This document shows positions 1-5,918 of a DNA stretch of 5,918 bases, in pieces (the first letter of the stretch is position 1; every line of letters starts with the position of its first letter). The notes beneath the pieces are model-generated. The model had not been told where the DNA came from. It made no database searches and was given only the letters and a program-made list of their open reading frames with translations. Origin of the DNA: Promethearchaeota archaeon (GTDB taxonomy: Archaea; Asgardarchaeota; Thorarchaeia; Thorarchaeales; Thorarchaeaceae); the NCBI GenBank assembly GCA_027031765.1, contig JALVPN010000178.1:4279-10196 (forward strand), read 5' to 3'. Position numbers and translations under genes: made by a program.

Positions 1-2
1 CT

Positions 3-668
3 GCCCTGCTGAGGAAGACCCTGACCGACGGGCAGAACTACCTGAACGAGTGGACGGCGTACGGACAGAAGGCACGGGAGGCAAAAGAGAAGGGAGAGGC
101 ACCACCCGCACCGCCGAAAAAGGACATCGGCATGGAGGTCATTGCCAAGGTGCTCAAGCGTGAAATCCCACTACACGCCCATGCTCACCGTGCGGACGAC
201 ATCGCCACCATAATAAGAGTCGCGAAGGAGTTCGACGTCCGGCTCGTGCTGATCCACTGCACGGAAGGCCACAAGATTGCAGACTTCATCGCAGAGGCGG
301 GCGTCCCAGCAGTGGTCGGGCCCACAATGCTCTGGGTGTCCAAGCCAGAGACCCGTGAGCGTTCGTTCGAAACGGTGGTGAAACTCGTGAGGGCCGGTGT
401 CAAGGTCGCACTCCAGACCGACTCGCTGACCCCCATGCTGCACTTCCAGCTCCTACCTATGTACGCAGTCAAGTACGGCCTCACCCGGGAGGAAGCGTTC
501 CGCTGTGTGACAATGAACCCGGCCGAGATCCTTGGTATTGAGCACAGGGTGGGCTCCCTTGAGAGGGGCAAAGATGCGGACATCGTTGTCTGGTCTGGTG
601 ACCCCTTCGACTTCTACAGCAGACCAGAGATGGTGTTCATCAACGGCAGAAGGGTCAACATCGACTGA
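3..668 (+). CDS. Metal-dependent amidohydrolase superfamily protein (Amidohydro_1-like), C-terminal part; 5' end outside the window
   Basis: The frame is open from base 3 (ALLRKTLTDGQNYLNEW...PPKKDIG) into the tracked ORF 132..668 and ends at TGA 666-668. Motifs: HAHRADD and IHCTEG (His ligands), ALQTD (Asp), and the typical tail TMNPAEILG...GSLERGKDADIVVWSGDPF. Substrate cannot be assigned. Confidence 0.92.
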   Translation, partial: ALLRKTLTDGQNYLNEWTAYGQKAREAKEKGEAPPAPPKKDIGMEVIAKVLKREIPLHAHAHRADDIATIIRVAKEFDVRLVLIHCTEGHKIADFIAEAGVPAVVGPTMLWVSKPETRERSFETVVKLVRAGVKVALQTDSLTPMLHFQLLPMYAVKYGLTREEAFRCVTMNPAEILGIEHRVGSLERGKDADIVVWSGDPFDFYSRPEMVFINGRRVNID

Positions 669-1087
669 TACCGTGGGTGGGTTTCACCTCGAAGACTGCG
701 GCAGGCGTCTAGGCACTTTTGACCTATGACAACCCTGCCCAGCGGGCCAGACCAATTCCGGTGATGACTGCAGTTCCAGCCTATGACACCGCGTTGACTG
801 TTGCCGAGTCGGAGTTCGTACCGTCCCATGCCTTGCTCCCCCTACGTCATTGCTGGGCAAGGCCTAGTCCCGTGACTGCCGACTCTCAATGACCAGCCGC
901 CCCACTGAAACGAATCGCCCGCTCTGGGGTTAAGTCTGGCTGCTCACAAGCGAGTGCCAAGCCCGAACAGATGTGCAGATCCATCTCTGATACCAATGGT
1001 TGGGCTGAACTACCATCCAGCCTTCTCCTTGGAAATGCTTATCGGGCCGCGAAGCCGCATGGCAGTCGAGAAGCGATTGCCGCTTCT

Positions 1088-1093
1088 GGGAGG
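1088..1093 (+). promoter_or_regulatory. Shine-Dalgarno-like site for ORF 1105..1968
   Basis: GGGAGG lies 11 nt upstream of the ATG at 1105. Confidence 0.55.
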
Positions 1094-1104
1094 AAACTAG
1101 TGAG

Positions 1105-1968
1105 ATGGCATACTACGGTTTTCCACACAGCATGTGGTTCCTGCAAGAGCTCACGCAGGAGTCTGCTCCAAACCTTCTGATTGACCCGTCAGTGTTCTTC
1201 TTTGTGCCTCAAGGCGAGGCAGGAGCGACTGACGATGACCCACATCAACGGAAATACATCAATCTGAGAGGTCTCCAACATCACTTCAATCTCTTTGTAC
1301 CTTCTGTGTTCGACCGGCTCATGGCTGGGAGTGAGCGCGACGCAGACGAGCACTATGGCCATGACAGAACCGACGTACTGAGGAGTCTTGCACGCTTCTA
1401 TGGAGCTGAGGAACTGGACGAGGGAGCTACCGATTTCTATAGAGAGTTTAGACGGTTCACAGGTGTCTTCGAAGGCAGAGGACTGAAAGAGCAGCCATTC
1501 TACCGTGATATGTACGAACACATCAAGTTGGAACTAGTAGAAGAAGGGCCGCCCTTGTGGGATCTGATCTTCGAAGAGTGCATTTTCCTGCGAACGATGT
1601 CGATATGGGGCGCGAAGGCGGAGGCGACATTCAAGTTGCTGAGAAAGGTTCTACACAAGGTGGGCACGATTGTAGCCGAGGCCACCGCATCAATGGTGTC
1701 AGAAGCAGTAGGGCGCTGGGAGGGGTATGCATATGAATTGGCCAGATATCTGCGGAGCCTCCCGGACAGCTTTGTGCGCATGTGGCAGGATATGGTCAGA
1801 CATATGCTCAGGCTTCCAGATGGGCATGCCATTCGCCGCTGGGAATCGATGCGCGCCGCCTTCAAGTGGGTTGGATTTGGAATTGCTGAAGTCCTTCCAG
1901 CACTGGTTCCAGGGGTTCCACCCTTCCTTTGGCTATCGGTGGCAACAGTCCTGTTCGTAGACCCATAG
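1105..1968 (+). CDS. Hypothetical protein (287 aa); possible PIN-like N-terminal fold and hydrophobic C-terminal tail
   Basis: Long ORF with ATG start, upstream GGGAGG and TAG stop; composition is protein-like. LLIDPSVF (D27) and LFVPSVF (63-69) resemble PIN beta1/beta2 patterns. The last 34 aa are hydrophobic. The CDS is well supported; the fold is tentative. Confidence 0.8.
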   Translation: MAYYGFPHSMWFLQELTQESAPNLLIDPSVFFFVPQGEAGATDDDPHQRKYINLRGLQHHFNLFVPSVFDRLMAGSERDADEHYGHDRTDVLRSLARFYGAEELDEGATDFYREFRRFTGVFEGRGLKEQPFYRDMYEHIKLELVEEGPPLWDLIFEECIFLRTMSIWGAKAEATFKLLRKVLHKVGTIVAEATASMVSEAVGRWEGYAYELARYLRSLPDSFVRMWQDMVRHMLRLPDGHAIRRWESMRAAFKWVGFGIAEVLPALVPGVPPFLWLSVATVLFVDP

Positions 1969-2003
1969 ACTGGTATCCCAACAGCATCACCGTACTTGAG
2001 AGA

Positions 2004-2037
2004 TGCAGATGGGGGGTCAGCTGACACCTTCGCTGCA
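2004..2037. other. 34-bp imperfect palindrome centred on the perfect palindrome GTCAGCTGAC (2016-2025); possible bidirectional terminator or protein-binding site
   Basis: TGCAGATGGGGGGTCAG/CTGACACCTTCGCTGCA: 12 of 17 symmetric positions are Watson-Crick and 2 more are G-U. It lies in the 182-bp gap between two convergent stop codons. Confidence 0.6.
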
Positions 2038-2076
2038 GTCAGTAGAGAGCTGACACCTTCGCTGTAGTCAGTAGAG
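2019..2076 (+). repeat. Tandem direct repeat, 2 x 29 bp (1 mismatch), with a partial third core CTGACACC at 2084-2091
   Basis: AGCTGACACCTTCGCTGCAGTCAGTAGAG (2019-2047) and AGCTGACACCTTCGCTGTAGTCAGTAGAG (2048-2076); no spacer between the units. Confidence 0.95.
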
Positions 2077-2150
2077 TGCTGTCCTGACACCGTGCGCAAT
2101 TTCTCCGGCCGTCAGGCGCCGAGTGCCTCCAGCCGCCAGCCGAAAAGCGA

Positions 2151-3818
2151 CTATAGTGGCCAGATCTTCGGTGCTACCCGCGCGAACCTCTTCTGTCGCC
2201 TCTCAATAGCCTCTGGTGTCCACTTGTCCTCCTCAAGTAGCCACTGCGTTATTACTATGTGTGACTTCCTGTATTCCTTTTTCTTCTTGCGGAAGGGAGA
2301 GTTGCTGGCCATTCTGTTTAGCCTGAAGTCAAGTAGAGTGAGGTTCCCAAGCCTGTGGACATACTCTTCAATCTCATCTGGACTGAAGTACGGTAGCCAG
2401 CCCTCGTTAGGGTGCTGTGGAAGAATGTGTTCGAGATGCACGGTTGAAGAGTACTCGAACTCGCGACTCTTGTCAAAGTATGAGTTGAATGCTCGAAGAA
2501 CACACTTCGCAACGTTTACTTTTCTCAGATGAGCGGTTCTGACATACTGACCAAACTCCTTGTCACCTGGAGCAAGCTCTCTCAGCTTCTGGATGGCTTT
2601 CGCAATGGACACCCTCTCACTACGAAGGTCTCTTGCGAGAGAAGTGGCTGTCCGCTCAAATGCATTCGGTCTTCCATCGCCGAATATGAAATAGCGGACG
2701 ATGAACGACCGTGCAGCAGTCACCAGATTGCTGAACTCTTCTGAGTCCATTGGACACCGTGATGCCGCAGAGAGGAGGATCGGATAGACCTGAGTTACCC
2801 TCAGCGCCTTGATGTCCTGCAGTGCGCCGTACACAGGTGCTGACAGATCCTGTTTCTTGGGATGGGTCAGGATATGGTAGTTCAGGGACTCTGTATCCAG
2901 ACTCCGGACAACTTCCCGGAACGGGTCTTGTTTTTGCAGGTCTGTCTTGACTCCACGGTAGAAGTCCCTCTGTCTCAGATGACGAAACTTCGACATCCAG
3001 TAGTACCTGATGAACTGTTCCAGGCTTTTCTCGCTTTCCAGGCGTTCTTCCATACGAGTCCAGATATTCCTCACTTGGCTGAGCATGTCTTCCCTCTTTG
3101 CGAGTGAGAAGAGCAAGTTCTTGAGCAGTGCCGCGTTCGTAAGCGGAGTGCCACGGGCATTGATTGTTTCGAAAATCTGGAACGCGTCAGCATCCTCTGA
3201 TGCCTTGATCCTGATGAACCTGACCTTTCCACACAGGAACTGGAAGAACCGAGGAATCCACAGCGGATCCTCAGACGCGACCATATCCTTTATCTTGCTC
3301 CTGAAGAACTTGTAGGCATTGTACAAGCGCTTCTGCGACTCCGTACGGGCATTCGCCCTTATCTTCTGCAGATTGTGCTGGCCCTGCATTATGTACTGCT
3401 GAAAGAACTGATTATCGGTATCATTCAGTGTGAGGCGTGGCTCCTTGTTCCCGGAAGTATAGTCGACATGGAACAGCAACCCATCTAGATGCTGTGGCTG
3501 AAGATATTGTGGTGGCTTGTCAAGCGAGTCAAGGTAGTCATACATGGCCTTGATGAGGACTGAGAGCGTTGCAAGGCGCTGTTGGCCGTCTACTACTTCA
3601 AAGTACGTGTTCTGCGTCTCAGACCTGTGGATAATGACAATTGTTCCCAGAAAGTAGGAGTCGATCTTCAGATCAAAGGCATAGGTCAAGTCAGACCACA
3701 GGTCGTCTACTTGCTCTTCCCACGAGTACTTTCTCTGGTATTCCGAAACGCGGTACAAATCGTCTCCAGAGAAGACCTGACTAATGCTCAGCGTATCAGC
3801 TGTGAACCCTGTAGACAA
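2151..3818 (-). CDS. GmrSD-family (DUF262 + DUF1524/HNH) restriction endonuclease-like protein, 555 aa
   Basis: DUF262 motifs: YQRKYSWEEQ, YFLGTIV, EVVDGQQRLATL, IFETINARGTPL. DUF1524 HNH-type motifs: LEHILPQ, HRLGNLTLL..N..SNSPFRKKKKEY. TTG start at 3818; an in-frame TGA at 3849-3851 bounds any upstream extension. TAG stop follows the typical ending ...KIWPL. Confidence 0.93.
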   Translation of the reverse strand: MSTGFTADTLSISQVFSGDDLYRVSEYQRKYSWEEQVDDLWSDLTYAFDLKIDSYFLGTIVIIHRSETQNTYFEVVDGQQRLATLSVLIKAMYDYLDSLDKPPQYLQPQHLDGLLFHVDYTSGNKEPRLTLNDTDNQFFQQYIMQGQHNLQKIRANARTESQKRLYNAYKFFRSKIKDMVASEDPLWIPRFFQFLCGKVRFIRIKASEDADAFQIFETINARGTPLTNAALLKNLLFSLAKREDMLSQVRNIWTRMEERLESEKSLEQFIRYYWMSKFRHLRQRDFYRGVKTDLQKQDPFREVVRSLDTESLNYHILTHPKKQDLSAPVYGALQDIKALRVTQVYPILLSAASRCPMDSEEFSNLVTAARSFIVRYFIFGDGRPNAFERTATSLARDLRSERVSIAKAIQKLRELAPGDKEFGQYVRTAHLRKVNVAKCVLRAFNSYFDKSREFEYSSTVHLEHILPQHPNEGWLPYFSPDEIEEYVHRLGNLTLLDFRLNRMASNSPFRKKKKEYRKSHIVITQWLLEEDKWTPEAIERRQKRFARVAPKIWPL

Positions 3819-3824
3819 TACAGA

Positions 3825-3830
3825 CCCCTC
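3825..3830 (-). promoter_or_regulatory. Shine-Dalgarno-like site for the GmrSD-like gene
   Basis: GAGGGG on the minus strand lies 6 nt upstream of the TTG at 3818, which supports that start. Confidence 0.55.
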
Positions 3831-4459
3831 GCGTGCACGCTGGAAATATCACTATTATTTCTTGCTGGCATGTATTCCATCTGAACATTGGATCACCGCC
3901 GACATGTGCACATTACCTGCTTAGGAACTGCTAGCTCTAGCAACACACAAGTACGTGCCGTCCCATACACTCCTTAATCGTGGCGTCACAGATAGCATGC
4001 CTTTCCGATGCGAGCTGAGAGAGGACTCTTGGTAGGCCTTCAGGTCATCATAGACGACAAGTACTGCTGATGGAGTAGACTCGCTGAAATCCCTGTCCTG
4101 TAGACCAGAACCGGAACTCCATTGAGAGCCGGGGCCCTTCTTGCTCGCCGTGTACCAAATACTCAGCAAACGTACTGGTGCCGCCCGAGTACAGGGTCGT
4201 TTCCATATTATCTAGAAAACATGCCAGAGAGAAGAAGGTGCTTCGCATTCCTCATCCGCTTCATTTCTGAACTGTTCTCCATTTTGGAACATATCCCGGC
4301 ATCGACAGTGCATCCTGTGCCCGGTTTCTCGCCTCTGTCGCGGCGCAACAGTGCCGATTTCCCCGGCGGTGACTGGCGTCAATCAGTGAAGTGTCACAAG
4401 GTACGTACTGGGAGAACGGAGTGCCCATGGGTTCGTTGTCCGTCCAGTGCATACCGCCC

Positions 4460-4819
4460 CTACTCGGTGAGGAACAGTCGCAGGAGCACCAGCCTGATGA
4501 TTGCGAGATCCCTCTTGTCCACTTCCCCTATCCGCTTGGTGACCCTCTGAACAGAGATTGAACGCACCTAGTGACACAGTGCGAACGAGTCCTTGTGGAG
4601 TCCTGTCTTGAACCTACGAAGTGGGACAACAGTCCACCAGCTCCTGTTCTTGGTAGAGAGCGGGACGACGACAACAAGACCAAGAGTGTGCCCTGTGCCT
4701 ACTTCCTTTGTGGGCACCGAGATGATGACACAGGGGCGAATCCCCTTCTGTTCATGTCCGACAGTGGGATTCAAATCCGCCAGGACTATCTCGCCGGGGC
4801 AGAATGGGGAGGTGGTCAA
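4460..4819 (-). pseudogene. mazF: MazF/PemK-family endoribonuclease toxin interrupted by one in-frame TAG (4568-4570); 119 aa if read through
   Basis: The N-terminal 83 aa contain GEIVLADLNPTVGHEQKGIRPCVIIS and VVVVPLST, and end in KDSFALCH. After the TAG the same frame reads VRSISVQRVTKRIGEVDKRDLAIIRLVLLRLFLTE* (TAG 4460-4462), matching the family's Q-I/V-R-S/T-I-S..R...K.IG C-terminus. The family call is confident. Pseudogene versus read-through versus sequencing error is unresolved. Confidence 0.88.
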
Positions 4820-5634
4820 GGGCCGTCATTCTCCGTCTGTTGCCATCTGTTCTTCGTCGTCAAACGCCAAGTCATCGCCCTCCAGCGAAATCCCACGAAC
4901 CTTGAAAGAGGCGCCCTGAACGGGTTCTCATCGTTCATCAGGTAGATCTGAGTTATGGCCTCCTGTCCCCAGTCACGCAGCAGGTACTCCAGCTCACGCA
5001 CTTGCACTTGTGTCAGGCCAGTCCTGCTCCTCGCAATGGTCGCTGTGAGGAATACTACTGCAAACAGCATCCCTATGTTGAACATTATGACAAGTTGTGA
5101 GAGAATCTTGTTGTACTGGCCGGGCTCATCTCTGATGGCTAGAGCATCGGGGATCTCATCGCTTGCCAGCGGAACTAGCTGGCGCAACCTTGAACTGATC
5201 CTTTCACCGTCTATGTCCGGAGAGTCGAGCGGCCCAGGCCTCTGCAAGTGGGTAGCCAGCACCAGCAGTGGCAGGATATCCGTCACCTGACTGAGTGAGA
5301 AGGTGAAGTTGGCCATCACAACGGGCCCGTAAGACGACTTCAAGGAACTGAGGAGCTCCGAGTCCTCGGACAGTGTACGGACTGTGAGCTGTATCTTCGT
5401 GTAGTTCTCAAGAGCAAGGAGACGCGACCGCTCAGGGTCTGTTGTCAGCATCTCAAAGGACGTGAGAGTGGCCTCAAGTACAGCCTCCCGGAGGATGGGG
5501 CCTATCTTCTCGCCCGCAGCTACTCTCTGTATGCGCTTGTCCTCCTTGCCTTCAGGGGGGATGACACCTATCATTCCCAGACTAGGAACGCGCGGGGCTT
5601 CAATCATTTCCTTCACCAACCCCTCGCTCCGCAT
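4816..5634 (-). CDS. Hypothetical protein (272 aa) directly upstream of and overlapping mazF; candidate non-canonical antitoxin or partner
   Basis: Long ORF with helical-looking composition and one hydrophobic stretch (aa 177-201). Its TGA (4816-4818) overlaps the mazF TTG start (TTGA overlap). An alternative start at ATG 5607 has GGTGA (5613-5617) 5 nt upstream. No family recognised. Confidence 0.78.
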   Translation of the reverse strand: MRSEGLVKEMIEAPRVPSLGMIGVIPPEGKEDKRIQRVAAGEKIGPILREAVLEATLTSFEMLTTDPERSRLLALENYTKIQLTVRTLSEDSELLSSLKSSYGPVVMANFTFSLSQVTDILPLLVLATHLQRPGPLDSPDIDGERISSRLRQLVPLASDEIPDALAIRDEPGQYNKILSQLVIMFNIGMLFAVVFLTATIARSRTGLTQVQVRELEYLLRDWGQEAITQIYLMNDENPFRAPLSRFVGFRWRAMTWRLTTKNRWQQTENDGP

Positions 5635-5684
5635 ATCGGAGGGTCTATCATCACAGGACTCGGGAAACCGTATCTTGCCCGTCC

Positions 5685-5692
5685 TTTATAAT
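5685..5692 (-). promoter_or_regulatory. AT-rich TATA-like element upstream of the hypothetical-mazF pair
   Basis: The minus strand reads ATTATAAA, 50 nt upstream of the ATG at 5634, within otherwise GC-richer sequence. It resembles an archaeal TATA box. The plus strand reads TATAAT, so orientation is ambiguous. Confidence 0.35.
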
Positions 5693-5918
5693 GCTACGCC
5701 GGCCATCCATTCGTGCAGTGTCCTGTTCGCCCCAAGCCCTAGTGACGGCAGTCGCTCCGGTGCTGCTCACGGCTGGAGTCAACCTTCACGGTTCTCCGCC
5801 TCTCGACTCTGCATCGCTCTTTTCTGATGCCCTGCAGTGCTCCTACTACAGGATCTACAGTCATGCCCCGACCCTGCAGATACGATTGGGGAGGCCACCG
5901 CAACTCCCCACTCTTCCC

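Noticed and set aside
723-788. 9-bp direct repeat CCTATGACA (723-731, 780-788)
   Set aside because: Only two short copies and no matching copy at the other end of the island; cannot be distinguished from chance.
669-1104. tRNA gene as an integration site at the island boundary
   Set aside because: No T-loop GTTCRA with a cloverleaf context; GTTCGTA near 814-820 does not fit a tRNA fold.
2019-2091. CRISPR array
   Set aside because: The units are directly adjacent with no spacers, there are only two full copies, and no cas genes are present.
171-3884. Short or antisense ORFs in the track (171..443, 185..583, 1189..1521, 1500..2099, 2092..2532, 2862..3107, 3010..3315, 3582..3884 and similar)
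   Set aside because: They overlap better-supported genes on the opposite strand or in another frame and show no recognisable motifs; these are shadow ORFs.
4122-5827. Plus-strand ORFs 4122..4550, 4571..4945, 4593..4919, 4955..5290 and 5462..5827
   Set aside because: Antisense shadows of the mazF and 272-aa genes, or low-information Ser/Arg-rich frames with no motif support.
5887-5910. Hairpin TGGGGAG/CTCCCCA as an intrinsic terminator
   Set aside because: 7-bp stem with a 10-nt loop, no U-tract, and no identifiable upstream gene within the window.
1-5918. Genome-wide TAG-to-Gln recoding (code 15) as the explanation for the mazF internal stop
   Set aside because: TAG terminates the GmrSD-like gene at a typical family end (...KIWPL*), and long ORFs in the standard code contain no other internal TAG, so TAG functions as stop here.
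5739-5918. Stop-free minus-strand frame of 59 codons running in from the window edge
   Set aside because: Short, no motif, and plausible by chance at this GC content; flanking sequence would be needed.

Overview
The window opens with the 3' part of a metal-dependent amidohydrolase gene (<3..668, +). An accessory, defence-island-like block follows. It holds an unknown 287-aa protein with a possible PIN-like N-terminus and a hydrophobic C-terminus (1105..1968, +) and a convergent GmrSD-family (DUF262+DUF1524) nuclease (2151..3818, -). A minus-strand gene pair comes next: an unknown 272-aa protein (4816..5634) overlapping a mazF/pemK-family toxin gene (4460..4819). The toxin frame is interrupted by one in-frame TAG where the family usually has Gln, and the rest of the MazF fold is intact behind it. 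The upstream partner is not MazE-like, and it has an acidic alternative C-terminus one frameshift away. A 34-bp imperfect palindrome overlapping a 29-bp tandem duplication lies between the convergent genes. I found no rRNA, tRNA, CRISPR array, integrase or transposase. All family calls come from motif recognition by eye; no searches were run.
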